Positions 1-10,772 of a stretch of 64,000 nucleotides of DNA are shown piece after piece (position 1 is the stretch's first letter; each line of letters starts with the position of its first letter). The notes beneath the pieces are model-generated. The model did no database searches. It saw only the letters and a list, made by a program, of their open reading frames with translations, and was not told the DNA's origin. Source of the stretch: a virus (Duplodnaviria > Caudoviricetes); the IMG/VR virus record IMGVR_UViG_3300018494_000083. One strand, written 5' to 3'. The position numbers and the translations under genes were made by a program.

Positions 1-3000
1 ACATAGTTAAGTGCCTTCCATGCTTCCTCTTTATCTGCGAAAGGTGCTTCGATATTGATATGTGCAATGGATCCACCGGAACAAGCTTCGTCGAGGATAG
101 CAGATACTCTGATCTTCTCTTCGATAGTAGTCTTAACACCAAGAGGAATCCACTGGTTTCCATAGAGAGGAAGTTCGTATCTCTCGTTGGGGAAGAACAT
201 CTGGTCCTTAGCCATGAGAACAGAAGCAGCCTTCTCACCAGGAATCTGCTCGATATTGATCATGTAATCCTTATCGGAACCAAATTCTGCCTTAGTGCTC
301 TTAAGTACTTCCATGATATCTGTAGCGAACTTAATGCCTTCTTCCGTATAGGTACAATAGCCAAATTCATCTTTCTCAACGAAACCGTATTTCTGGATAG
401 CTTCATACAGTCCATTAATGCCGATCGTGGAGTATTGGCTCTTAATATCAATATTCTTGAGAGTGTAGTTCGGGAGAAGTCCCTTATCTACATTACGCTG
501 AATGATATGACGTACCACGTGGAGGGTCTTAAGACAAATGATTGTCTTTTCTTTAAGCTTAACAAGATATTCTTCAGGAGTAGCACACTCATAAGAAATT
601 CTTGCGAGGTTGATTGTATTTACCTTAACGGAACCAACAGAAAGTGCAGTTCCGCCAATGGAGTTGAAGTAAGGATCAGTAATGTCACTCTTCAGACGGC
701 AGCAATTAGAAAGACTCGTAACTTCAGTGTCGGAGAAGAAGTTGGAATCCGTCCAGTTGCAGTTATGGTCAGAACACCATCTTGCAAACTCAGCATCTTC
801 GAACATATCGAGAGCATGCTTGGGATTCTTTTTCTTAAGAAGAGAGTAAGACAGAACAGGATATGTCATCATGTTCTCTTCACGGATAGCAGAAACGACT
901 TCCATAAATCTCTTCTGGTATTCCATAAACTCGTCTTCGTAGTCAATGATGTAAGTTCCGTCGGGATACTGATCTGCACCGAAAAGTGCCTCAAAGTAGT
1001 ATCTATCGAAAATAGTGAAATTTGTAACAAATATCTTCATGTAGGTCGTTAATCTACATCGTCATTAGACTGCTCTATATTACTATAGAAGTTGAGACTA
1101 TATCACGATCTGTTTCCAGATCCTAGGCATTTCCATTTAAGGGGATCTCACCCACTCACTTGAGCCGTACTTCTATTGACCATTTCAGGTCCGAGGAATA
1201 GTCGTTGAACGTTCTCCTTACGGAGCTTCGCTGCTGATTAGGTCATTGACCCTTCCAGCAATTAACCTAGTTTGCTATACACATCACTGTGTATAGGCGC
1301 AACAAGTTTACGCACTTTGAATCGAGTCTCTCAAGAAAGGCTCGTTAATTCGATAGATGATTTCTTGGAACGATTGATCACGGTAATATTCGGGGCTTAC
1401 AAGGTAGTATCCATTTTCTACGTCTTTCTTCCAGAAATAGAACGAATATACCAAGAAGCTCAGGAGACCGACCTATATTAATAGCATATAATAGACTATA
1501 TCTTCATCCTATGATTGCATAGGAGCAATGCACTTGGGAATTAGGAATTTCACCTAAAACCTACTCCCTTTCGGGATAGTCGTTACACCTTCTTACATAG
1601 TAAGCTTGGCACGGTATTACATATGAGCTTCTACCGTTAGCCAGATTTTTCTGACACCCAGCAAGTACTGGTTCACATTGTTTATTTTGAGGATGTTACC
1701 ATCCAAAGGAGCCATCGGTCAATGTTTAGCTCCGGAAGTTCTGTTACAGTTATAAGAGATAAATTCACCAACGAAGTCAGTGAAAGTACAAAGATGTTTA
1801 GGAGGCTGATTATTGAAAGTCTTAATCCAATAAAGACCTTTCTCTACCAACTGCTTAAGAGAGTAAGCAAAACAGTTATGAGACAAAATGTTGTTACAGA
1901 GGAAATGACCGGTTTCGGTAGTAATATCATATACAATATTACACTTATCAATAAACTCAGAGTTATCTAAGATTGATACCCAACCATATTTGTATTCATA
2001 ACCTTTGGTTTTGAAATCTCCCTTTTTGCGAATTTTAGGAATATATTTCGTTTCAATTTTATAGCTTCCAATGCTCGAGAAATAATCTTCATCTGTAAGA
2101 GTGAAGCATGCTCCATACAAAAGAAGATTTTGAGCATAACTCTTCTCTGAATAGTATCTATGCGGCGTTCTTGCCGAGCAAAAGATTCCTTGGAATCGGA
2201 GATAGTTCGTTATTTGGTTAACGAGCGGCTGAGACGCAATTCTGATCTGACAATGTCTCGATTTATAACCATCGAGTGTTCCATCACCATCGATGACACC
2301 TGCAACAAAACCATCGAGGAACTTATAACTATAATGAATATACTCGGGAGGAAGATGATAATCTTCCGAAGTATGACCGAGCATAATCTTAGATAAGAAC
2401 TTCTGGAACGGAGAAGCCAACAGGTTTACAATTCTGGGCGATTCATCATCAGGATGTACAAACTTCAGCTTATAAGGAATATCGAACTCGTCGAGCAAAT
2501 CTACGAGTTTCTGCCATACCGGACTCTTATATGTCTGAGACACATAGATATTACTGGGAATAGCAGTTCCTTCAGTGAGACAGAGACCGACTAACCAACC
2601 AAATTTTCTCGACATTTTGAATCGACGATCAGCGACCTCAATTTCTTTTATCGTATTTGTAAAATACGTAGGTGCGATTGTGTATACCTTGTGATCCTTT
2701 GTTATATGCTTTGCCGGAACTTCACCATCTTTAGTGATGATCGGATGGTCGTCAGTTACGATTTGGCTGAGACCATTTGCATACTTAATGAAACGCATTT
2801 TACGTTTATTGGTATGCTTTACAAGACGTGTAACTTTTGTGAATACTTCTTTCTTATCCTCAAGATCCAATACATACAGATCGCTTGGGAATTTAGCATT
2901 TTGCTTGATGCTTTCATCATAACTTTCTTTTTCATCCACAAGCTCATAAAGATCAGCAAATGTTGTATTATAAACTTTTCCGTTATATTTAACGGTCAGC

Positions 3001-3464
3001 ATTTCCTCACCCTTATAGCAGTAGGATTTGAATGTTGCGTTGTGAGCATCATGGAGATAATAGTCACCGATCCACTCGCCGAGCAACCAAGCATCAGCAT
3101 CCTTTAAACCGAACTGTTTAGCCAGTTCGTAGTAGATTTTGTTAAAGCCAATCAGTTTACTGTGGGGCTTTCTCATCTCGCTTTCAAGAGTTACGATATC
3201 TTTATTCGAGACGTTTGCAGAACCATCGATAGATGCATCTGCAGTAGTATTCTTATCGATGAAGTTGTCGATAAAAGGAGTATAACCAAGCTGCTTATCG
3301 GAAAGACCGTTAAGGGTAGCAAGGTTTTCGCCGTATTTCTTTTTCAGACCAACGAAAGTATCCACGAAGGATTTCATAAAGGGAATGTTGATCTGATAAT
3401 CGGCGGTTTCTTTTAAAATAGCATCGGGAGTTTTAACTACTCCGCTGTTGACTACATCTGACAT
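1..3464 (-). CDS. nrdD: Anaerobic (class III) ribonucleoside-triphosphate reductase; spliced exons 3464-1728, 1472-1310 and 1027-<1 (3' end beyond window); contains an intein
   Basis: Exon 1 has YLHD and ...NRTSGA. Exon 2 reads VGLLSFLVYSFYFWKKD...FLRDSIQSA. Exon 3 reads FTNFTIFDRYY...SNCCRL...GSVKVNTINLAR...EQIPGE. Removing the two introns gives one continuous frame with NrdD motifs. Confidence 0.93.
1028..1309 (-). ncRNA. Group I intron nrdD-I2 (282 nt, no ORF)
   Basis: P1: GCGU pairs with GCGC. P AAUUGCUGGAA, Q AAUCAGCAG, R GUUCAACGACUA, S GAUAUAGUCU. Omega-G at 1028. Splicing restores QSAF-TNF (GCG T|TT ACA). Confidence 0.9.
1473..1727 (-). ncRNA. Group I intron nrdD-I1 (255 nt, no ORF)
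   Basis: P1: exon GGAGCU pairs with GGCUCC (U.G at the splice site). Core elements CUAACGGU, ACCGUGCCAAGC, GUGUAACGACUA and GAAGAUAUAGUCU. Ends in G. Splicing gives TSGA|VGL. Confidence 0.9.
1875..3020 (-). mobile_element. Intein (382 aa) with LAGLIDADG homing endonuclease, in NrdD
   Basis: Starts Cys (KSY|CYKGEE) and ends His-Asn before Cys (ILSHN|CFAY). Block B is VTDDHP. Two LAGLIDADG motifs: WLVGLCLTEG and FVAGVIDGDG. Confidence 0.93.
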
Positions 3465-3479
3465 ATTCTTATTCTCCTA

Positions 3480-3692
3480 TCAAAGCGAATTTACAAATTT
3501 TACAGCTGCACCATATCCGAGGATTTCTCCATCATCCACTTTCATGAACGGAAATGGAGCATCGATATCTACGCCGTCAGCAGTCATCTGAGCAGTGTCA
3601 GTTACACGCTCATAGTCAATGCCCTTAGCCTTGAGTTTGTCTTCAAGGATTTTGCATTTAATGCAATCAATTGTATATACTTTAATTTTCAT
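3480..3692 (-). CDS. Glutaredoxin/NrdH-like redoxin
   Basis: 70 aa with N-terminal CIKC (CxxC), directly upstream of nrdD. Confidence 0.8.
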   Translation of the reverse strand: MKIKVYTIDCIKCKILEDKLKAKGIDYERVTDTAQMTADGVDIDAPFPFMKVDDGEILGYGAAVKFVNSL

Positions 3693-3704
3693 TATTGCAA
3701 TACC

Positions 3705-4016
3705 TCATTTGATAACATACGGAATATTGTTGTCACGACAATATTGAATTTCGGTCATACATCCTCGTGATTGCTCATAATCATCACCGAATACCCACAT
3801 CTCATCACATCTGTCAAGAAGCCAGAGGCATTTCTTAATTCCATCTTCATAACTACATTCATAGTATTCAAACCCGAATGTATTGACCGGAGACAGAAAT
3901 AGATAAGTAGGATATAGTTTATTCAGTCGTAGGATTGTATTCTCGATATCTTGTTTATTAGAATCTCTACCACCATAAGGATGTGAGATATAGACTACCT
4001 TTTCATAATGTATCAT
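3705..4016 (-). CDS. DUF4406 / nucleoside 2-deoxyribosyltransferase-like protein
   Basis: VYISHPYGG...LLDRCDEMWVFG...SRGCMTEI pattern. Confidence 0.6.
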   Translation of the reverse strand: MIHYEKVVYISHPYGGRDSNKQDIENTILRLNKLYPTYLFLSPVNTFGFEYYECSYEDGIKKCLWLLDRCDEMWVFGDDYEQSRGCMTEIQYCRDNNIPYVIK

Positions 4017-4037
4017 ATCTTCTCCTTAGGAAATTAT

Positions 4038-4061
4038 TGGAGGAGATTTGACTCTCCTCCA
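4038..4061 (-). terminator. Hairpin, probable terminator after the DNA polymerase C-terminal gene
   Basis: TGGAGGAG-loop-CTCCTCCA inverted repeat in the intergenic gap. Confidence 0.5.
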
Positions 4062-4073
4062 GTATGATAAAAG

Positions 4074-6434
4074 TTAAACTTCCACAATGTTCGAAACGAA
4101 CTGTGAGCCCTTGGTCTTGTAAACTGTTTTTACACCAAGTGCATTTAGATTCGACAAGATCAATCTGGTATTATTTTCGATAATCTCTGTAGTATCGATA
4201 AGAGGCTTAAGCCACTCGGGGACCTTACAGTCAAGAGGAATTGCTATATTAGTAATTCCTGCATCTCCGAATTTCTTAACTCTCTTTTCACCAGTCTTAC
4301 GATCAACAACCTGAATATCAAGATTGAAGAGATCTTGGAATCTCTGATAAATTACAGGGAATGTGGTTGATAAGTGAGCAACGTCTTTAACTTTCTTAAT
4401 ATCAACCTTTGCGATATAAGCTACACCAGGTAGCTCAATCTCATTGTCTGGACACAGATAGTTCCAGACATAGGCAGCCTTATAGGTACCTATTGTTAAC
4501 GGAGAATCATACGCATCACCCGTCTTGATATTAGCGGTTTTGAAGTATGTATATTCTCCATCCATAATTGACTTTTTGATACTCTTCTCAAATGCTCGCA
4601 GTTTATTGATAATAACCGAAATATCCGGTTTCATATCTCTAGCCAACAGGATATCATTAAACACAAGGTTCTTAATGTAATCACGTGTTTGCTTACCTGC
4701 CATTGATGCCTTAGTATATTCCATCATTACCTTCACATAGTTCGTTAGACTATGCAGTTCTTAAAGAACTTCTCTGAGTTACCTCAGAAGTTGAGACTAT
4801 ATCACCATCTATTTCTAGATGTCTACCATTTCGATTTAAGGGATTCTCACCCACCCACTTGGGTCCTACTCCTATTGCGGAATTCCACCGCCAAGGGATA
4901 GTCGTTGAACCTTCCTCTTTCGAGGCTTGGCTGCTGATTAAGCCGCTAAGCTCTTCCAGCAATTAAATAGATTTGCTACATATGTCACCATATGTAGGGG
5001 CATAAGTCTACCCTTTACGTCTAATTCAGGTACCTTATTCAAGTGACCCTCCTGTAGACGCACAGCACCCTGATAGTGCTTCTTAGCATCAGTAATGAGA
5101 ATTGTATCATATAGGAACTCATTCTTCATGTTCGCCATGTTACGAGACATATCTTCAAGATTGCATCGTACCATAAACTTCTGAAGAGTCAGATCGATCA
5201 TATCGGTGATAATATAAATCATCGAGTTAACGATACGGAATATTCTCTGCTGAGATACTTCGTGTTCGTACGAATCATTATAGTTACGTGCACCAATATT
5301 GACATATCCTTTACGAGCTTTCTTTATATTCTTATACTCTCCAAGAATTTCATTCATTACAAAGTCATACCAGACTCCAAGGTTAAGGAAGTTACTATCA
5401 GTATCAATTACGATTACTCTCTTACGCATGTGAGCTTTCAAGCGATATACTCTGTCGGTTGTGGGATGATTGTAATGAACGTACTCCAACACAGCTGCTT
5501 TCATTTTTGCAAGCTCTGGTTCAAAGTCTTTAGGAGGCTTTGTAGGATCCAGATATTCTTTATGAGAAGCAACTACTGTTCGAAGTAGATTGGAGGCTTT
5601 ATTCGAATTTCTAAAGAACTCTTCAAGGTTCGATTTGTAGTAAATTCGATTAAGGTCTTCTTGGTTAATGTGAGATAGGATCTCTCTGATTAATTCAGTG
5701 TCCGCCGTATCCGGCTCTATGAATTTATGGGTTAATCTGTCCACTACCTGGTCGACAGTTTTTGACCTTACCCAAGTTGCATCATTGAACTTTCTCTCGC
5801 TCTTTTCTTCAATGATATCTTTAATAAAACGCATACATTCATCCATGTTATTAAAGAGTACATTGTCTGCCAAGAAGTCTTCAAATGCAGTTTCTGCACA
5901 TGAAATTAGTGCCTGTCCACGAGCTGTAGTAGCTGATGCACAAGCCATATTGAACTGCTGGGACGATGATAGACCTGATACACCGTACTCTGAGTTGGCG
6001 ATTACTTTGAGTCGCTTCTGCTTCAGATTAGATCGTGCACTTTGATCTAACAGTTCCAGACGTTGAGTCGGATCTACTGCTGCCTTCGCTGCTTCTTTGA
6101 ACTTAAACATTGCTTTCTTTGCAATCTTACGGTCACTAAGAAGCTTACTAAGAATCACAATATCAGGGTTGTAGCACTGACTATGCTGTTTAAACAGTGA
6201 ACCAGACTCAGTAACGATTGGTTTCTTTGTTTCGATCCAATCGTATACTTTTGAAAGTGAAGTATTTATCTGCTCCCTTTCATAGTTATTATAGATGATT
6301 GCTTTTGGGTCTTTGAAATGCTTATCATACTCTTCCTCGGCAAATGTTTTTGCTTCATTTTCATTAAGCAATGGATCTACCAATTTAAGATTCTGAACCA
6401 TTTCATCAACCCAACGACTTCTAAATAAGGACAT
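4074..6434 (-). CDS. Family B DNA polymerase, C-terminal subunit (motifs B and C); exons 6434-5010 and 4724-4074
   Basis: KVIANSEYG (motif B), IDTDSNF (motif C) and KKHY. Splicing yields DVKG|MEYTKAS. No exonuclease domain or motif A in this gene. Confidence 0.88.
4725..5009 (-). ncRNA. Group I intron in the DNA polymerase C-terminal gene (285 nt, no ORF)
   Basis: P1: GGGU pairs with GCCC. P AAUUGCUGGAA, Q AAUCAGCAG, R GUUCAACGACUA, S GAUAUAGUCU. 3' end GUGAAGGUAAUG. The exact 3' splice site is inferred from P10 and the frame. Confidence 0.88.
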
Positions 6435-6464
6435 ATTTACTCCTTTCTTTAGAGATTTTTTGAG

Positions 6465-6476
6465 TATTCGAATGTT
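6465..6476 (-). promoter_or_regulatory. AACA-N6-TA promoter motif upstream of the DNA polymerase C-terminal gene
   Basis: Minus strand AACA TTCGAA TA; the same motif occurs at about 15 intergenic sites in the window. Confidence 0.55.
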
Positions 6477-6573
6477 TAAATACTAATGATTTTGGAACAT
6501 TCTATAAATAAGACTTTGATAAATATTATTTTATGAAAATACACTAAGAATATAAGAGGAGGTTTATCTGGTC

Positions 6574-7023
6574 ATGGATAAATTTTTGAAGAAGCTTTTT
6601 AAACCCGAATCCAAAGCTATTCATGTTGATCAGTGTGCTGAGCATGATCTGACCATCAATGAAGCTATCATTTTAGATACAGTTGGAAGCGAGAGAGCTC
6701 TTAACGAATTCTATTCGAAGCTTGGTGCATATGGGCAGAGAGATGGGCTGCTCCATGAGTGTGCAACCATTCCGAATAGCTGTGATCATGCCGAGATCGC
6801 TGCAGTACTTGCATGTGCTAAAGAAGCTGGAAGCAAAGACTATGAGATGTATATGAAGGCTAAGCTCGCAGAAAAAGCATATTACAAGAGAATGCAGACA
6901 ACCTTTGGCAACACAGCAAAAGAGCGTGTCGAAGCACAGAAGGCTAAGCTCGCAGACAATGCAAGAATCCAGGATGCTCTTGCACAGACAACGGACGCTA
7001 AGTCCGAAGGCTGTTGTAAATAA
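6574..7023 (+). CDS. Hypothetical protein, possibly virion-internal
   Basis: GGAGG RBS; 149 aa with (I/L)xE motifs like the other putative head proteins. Confidence 0.7.
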   Translation: MDKFLKKLFKPESKAIHVDQCAEHDLTINEAIILDTVGSERALNEFYSKLGAYGQRDGLLHECATIPNSCDHAEIAAVLACAKEAGSKDYEMYMKAKLAEKAYYKRMQTTFGNTAKERVEAQKAKLADNARIQDALAQTTDAKSEGCCK

Positions 7024-7048
7024 TCGAAATATTATTTACTTTGAAAAC

Positions 7049-7140
7049 TATACATTATAGATATGAATAACTCATACCCAAGTTTCGGGTATGAGTTTAT
7101 TTTGTCCTCTTACTAATACTTATCAATACTATAATGTATA
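7049..7140. promoter_or_regulatory. Two convergent TATACATTATA-N4-TGA motifs flanking a bidirectional hairpin
   Basis: Plus motif at 7049-7066, minus motif at 7140-7123. Hairpin AACTCATACCC-loop-GGGTATGAGTT at 7069-7097. Confidence 0.65.
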
Positions 7141-7187
7141 AATTAGTAAGAGTTTGAATATTGTACATAATGAATGGAGGTAAATAT

Positions 7188-8180
7188 ATGACTGGAATGC
7201 AAGAACCTATGAACGAAGTTGAACAGGTTACCAGTGAAAATGAGTTCCAGGGAGATGTGGATGAACATGACTTCCTTGAGGAACTCGAAAGCATTCTGCA
7301 TGATTATCCGTTGAGTAGAAATCATCGGAAATTGTGGGAGAATATTAAGTCATCGTACAAGAAACTCAATCACGACGAGAAGAATCAGTTCTTGGTATTG
7401 GTGACGAATCTATCTGTAGCAACGGTGGATATTGCATCGGTAGGAACCCAATTTATCAAAGAGATGGGTCCCGATATTTTCTACAGTGATGAGGAATTCC
7501 GCAATAAAATGGTGGCAGCCATTAACACCGGAATTAACAAACGTAGAGAGGAAGTTGAACCCATTTGGAACAATGTGGTCGACAATATTGATGCACAGAC
7601 ACCCAATTCTGATAAGATTAAAGATGCATATCCTGTATCTCTTAAGGGTGTTGATCCGAAGGCTGGAATCAAAATGCTTCATGTGAATAATATGGTGATG
7701 GTAATCAATAAAGATGCCACTGCATTCTCAGCGCAGTTTGTTAACCATATGAAGAGTCTCCTCGAGTTTCAGAGAGATGCGGCTACAGAGTATTATAAGG
7801 AGCGTAAGAGAGTTCCTTATGATGAATTCGGAGAGGATGATACAAATCCGTCACAAATGCCACCGGAAGATCTTTATATATCTATCGGATCTCAACAGGA
7901 TCAGTTGATTCTATCGGTTGATATTGGATCTATTTCGGCGTGTGAAAAGTTCCAAGTCCATGATTCTGGACAAGGAGGAATTGGTGTACTTTCTATCAAT
8001 GATCATAAGTTAATCACCAATTCATTTTATGAGAATATTTATGGTACTTATGTATTCAAGTATGTAGAGACCACAAATATGTATGTGGGTAGAAGGACAT
8101 CTGACCCACGTCAACTTTTACATCTTCGTAAAGGTAATGGAGCAAATATGAAATACGAAAGGAAACAGGGCAATGATTAA
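7188..8180 (+). CDS. Hypothetical protein, translationally coupled to the RNAP subunit
   Basis: ORF 7161-8180; start moved to ATG 7188 after GGAGG. Overlaps the next start. Confidence 0.75.
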   Translation: MTGMQEPMNEVEQVTSENEFQGDVDEHDFLEELESILHDYPLSRNHRKLWENIKSSYKKLNHDEKNQFLVLVTNLSVATVDIASVGTQFIKEMGPDIFYSDEEFRNKMVAAINTGINKRREEVEPIWNNVVDNIDAQTPNSDKIKDAYPVSLKGVDPKAGIKMLHVNNMVMVINKDATAFSAQFVNHMKSLLEFQRDAATEYYKERKRVPYDEFGEDDTNPSQMPPEDLYISIGSQQDQLILSVDIGSISACEKFQVHDSGQGGIGVLSINDHKLITNSFYENIYGTYVFKYVETTNMYVGRRTSDPRQLLHLRKGNGANMKYERKQGND

Positions 8181-10296
8181 AGATGTCAACAGAACATTCA
8201 TTTTACCTATCAAGGATAGCTATGCTGCGGACATAGACCGATGGGTAAGCACGTATGAGAATTATCGCGACCGTCTGGATCTCAAAGAATTCTCTAAGTT
8301 CTCCTATGAGAAGCTCAAGAAGAAATTCAAGTTCAAGGAAGATAAGGACGGCTTTGCAATTATCGGAACTTCACATAAGATATTCGATCTTATGCTCTAT
8401 TACAATGATCCGGATGCATACTACTTCGATGTCATGGCACTCATCCGTGGAATGAAGCATGATATGCAGAACCCAGATGGGTACTATGAATACCGCTATA
8501 CGAGTGGTGAAGTTGCAAGAATGAGTTGTATCCACTTTCTCTTTAATATGATTGTGTGGATGCCTTATTTCACTCTTGGTATTGCAGTTACACCGGATAA
8601 ATTATTCATACCTAAGTCATTCACTAATAAGAGCTATGTATCTTATGTGAATGATCATATCATCGAACCGTATAAGCATCTTACCACAATGAATGAGATG
8701 TCTCATATCTTCGCAAGAATGTATGATCTCTTCATTCTGATCTCCGAGAAGACGGCACTTTATTTTGGTTTGTCATTCTCTCTTTATGATCTTCTTAAGA
8801 GATGGAATGATAATCCTGAGTTGAAGGAAATCAACCATACGGTAGTTCCTCAAGACATGGCAATTGCTGAAGGTGAAGCAATGCTGAATGCCAAGTCTAA
8901 GAGATTCCAGGAAATCATGATGAATGAGGAACCCGATAACCAGATCAGACCTCTTCTCGAAGCTGGGCAGGCAAACCCTAAGCAATTGAAAGAGTTTGCC
9001 GTTAATATCAGTTACAAGCCGGACCTTGAAGGTAGAACGCTTAATACTCATCCGAGTACTAACTTTGTATCAAATGGTCTTCGTGACCCTGTTGACTATG
9101 TAACTGATGCATCTGGTGGTCGTAAGGCATCAAACCTTGCACTTCAGATCGATGACTCTGGGTATCTTCAGAGAACACTCTGTAAGTCTGCAGCAGATAT
9201 CATTCTTAATCCTGATCCTGATTATGATTGTGGTTCTCGTCATTATTATGTGAGAACTATCGAGAGTAAGAAGGATCTTGAAAATATGAATGGTAGATGG
9301 TATGTAGATGGCGACCATCTCACCCAGCTGTTATCTAAAGATCTCGAACTGATCGGAAAGACTCTCAAATTCAGAACACCTGCGACTTGTGTTGGTAAGA
9401 ATGGAATATGTCCTGTTTGTTATGGTCACCTTTATTCCCAGAACGTTGGTATTAACGTTGGTATAAACAGTGGTCTAAAGCTTACAGAAAGATTCTATCA
9501 GAATACCATGTCGGCAAAACACATACTGAATACTAGTACGGCAGCATTCGCATTTAATGATGAATTCTACGTACCTTTTAGTATTGTGGATGGTTTTAGA
9601 GTTACTCTTAACGAGGAAGAAGAAACTGTAGGTAACTACATTCTTCGAATCAATCTCAATACGATTTGCAAGGATCGTGAAGAAATGAATAACTACCGTA
9701 ATGAATATATTACCGAGTTCGAGCTTTACGATACCGAGAACGAAACCACTGTTGAGATCGCTGAGAATAACGGTGATAAGATCTATCTTGCAGATGCCAT
9801 GTTTGATAAGATTAATGATCTTCGTCTCAGAAAGAGATACGATGAACATGGTTGGATGGAAATTCCTCTGTCGGATTGGGATCCTGAAGATGATTTGTTC
9901 TTTGCTATGTTGACGAACAATGAAATCACCCGTCCTCTGAAGGAACTTAAGTCTATGATTGAGAAGGGTAAAGAGATTGAAGGAGTAACTGATATCTCTG
10001 AGCTTATCAACAAACTTAATCGTCTCATGAGGGAGGGTGGTATCTTTACTGAGTCTGTTCATGTAGAGATTATTGCAAGGAATCTCATAAGAGATAAGAA
10101 TAATCCTACTTCTCTTCCTGATTATTCTAAGTCTAATATTGAACCGATGTTCATTAGTATTCATAATAGCATCTTGACAAACAATTCTGTTATTGCTGGA
10201 TTCACTTTTGAGAGAATTCATCAGCAGTTGAGAACACCTTCTACTTATACAAAGAACGGTGTATCTCCTTACGACAGATTGTTTATTAACGACTAA
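8173..10296 (+). CDS. Phage multisubunit RNA polymerase, beta-prime C-terminal subunit
   Basis: Bridge helix DSGYLQRTL. Zn site DCGS...RTPATC...ICPVCYG. Trigger loop ERFYQNTMSAKH. HVEIIAR. No NADFDGD, consistent with a split beta-prime as in AR9/phiKZ-like phages. Confidence 0.9.
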   Translation: MIKDVNRTFILPIKDSYAADIDRWVSTYENYRDRLDLKEFSKFSYEKLKKKFKFKEDKDGFAIIGTSHKIFDLMLYYNDPDAYYFDVMALIRGMKHDMQNPDGYYEYRYTSGEVARMSCIHFLFNMIVWMPYFTLGIAVTPDKLFIPKSFTNKSYVSYVNDHIIEPYKHLTTMNEMSHIFARMYDLFILISEKTALYFGLSFSLYDLLKRWNDNPELKEINHTVVPQDMAIAEGEAMLNAKSKRFQEIMMNEEPDNQIRPLLEAGQANPKQLKEFAVNISYKPDLEGRTLNTHPSTNFVSNGLRDPVDYVTDASGGRKASNLALQIDDSGYLQRTLCKSAADIILNPDPDYDCGSRHYYVRTIESKKDLENMNGRWYVDGDHLTQLLSKDLELIGKTLKFRTPATCVGKNGICPVCYGHLYSQNVGINVGINSGLKLTERFYQNTMSAKHILNTSTAAFAFNDEFYVPFSIVDGFRVTLNEEEETVGNYILRINLNTICKDREEMNNYRNEYITEFELYDTENETTVEIAENNGDKIYLADAMFDKINDLRLRKRYDEHGWMEIPLSDWDPEDDLFFAMLTNNEITRPLKELKSMIEKGKEIEGVTDISELINKLNRLMREGGIFTESVHVEIIARNLIRDKNNPTSLPDYSKSNIEPMFISIHNSILTNNSVIAGFTFERIHQQLRTPSTYTKNGVSPYDRLFIND

Positions 10297-10309
10297 TAAA
10301 ATCAAAAAA

Positions 10310-10333
10310 AGAGGGATCCGAAAGGGTCCCTCT
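10310..10333 (+). terminator. Intrinsic terminator
   Basis: AGAGGGATCC-GAAA-GGGTCCCTCT followed by a T-rich tract. Confidence 0.75.
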
Positions 10334-10388
10334 ATGATTTTATTTTTTCCTTGACATTGAGATAATATCAAATTATAGGAGAATAAAC

Positions 10389-10739
10389 ATGGCTAAGAAA
10401 CTTGTTTGTTCCCGATTACCGAACGGCTTATTTTATTCAGATGATGATATAGGCGGTTTATATAGAGAAGCTTCTGATAAGATCGAACAAGTTAAGATTC
10501 TGTGTGAACTTAATCTCTGCAAGCCACCTGAAATAATCGAGGCTCTTAAACGATGTGGTTATAAGAAGAGTGAGCTCCCGATTGTCACCAAAGTGAAATC
10601 CAAGAGTCAGAATCCGTTATTCAAAAACAGATTCAGATATCATATGGAAATGCCACCTCCTCCAAAGAAAAGAGGACGTCCGAAGGGATCGAAGAACAAA
10701 CCTAAAACTGAGACAAAGAACGAAGAGATACACGACTAA
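10389..10739 (+). CDS. Small basic protein with an AT-hook motif
   Basis: AGGAG RBS; C-terminal PPPPKKRGRPKGSKNKPK. Confidence 0.75.
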   Translation: MAKKLVCSRLPNGLFYSDDDIGGLYREASDKIEQVKILCELNLCKPPEIIEALKRCGYKKSELPIVTKVKSKSQNPLFKNRFRYHMEMPPPPKKRGRPKGSKNKPKTETKNEEIHD

Positions 10740-10761
10740 GTGTATCTCTTTATTTTTTTTT
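10723..10761 (+). terminator. Intrinsic terminator bounding the cassette array
   Basis: AAGAGATACAC-GACTAA-GTGTATCTCTT plus a long T tract. Confidence 0.8.
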
Positions 10762-10772
10762 GTTTCGATTTG

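Noticed and set aside
4750-4962. 70-aa ORF inside the polymerase intron as a homing endonuclease (also 1272-1481 and 63209-63469)
   Set aside because: Too short, no HNH, GIY-YIG or LAGLIDADG motif, and overlapping the ribozyme core.
10351-10379. Host sigma70/sigmaA promoter TTGACA-17-TATAGG
   Set aside because: The -10 is weak and overlaps the RBS. The same bases fit the phage (G)ACA-N6-TAAT motif.
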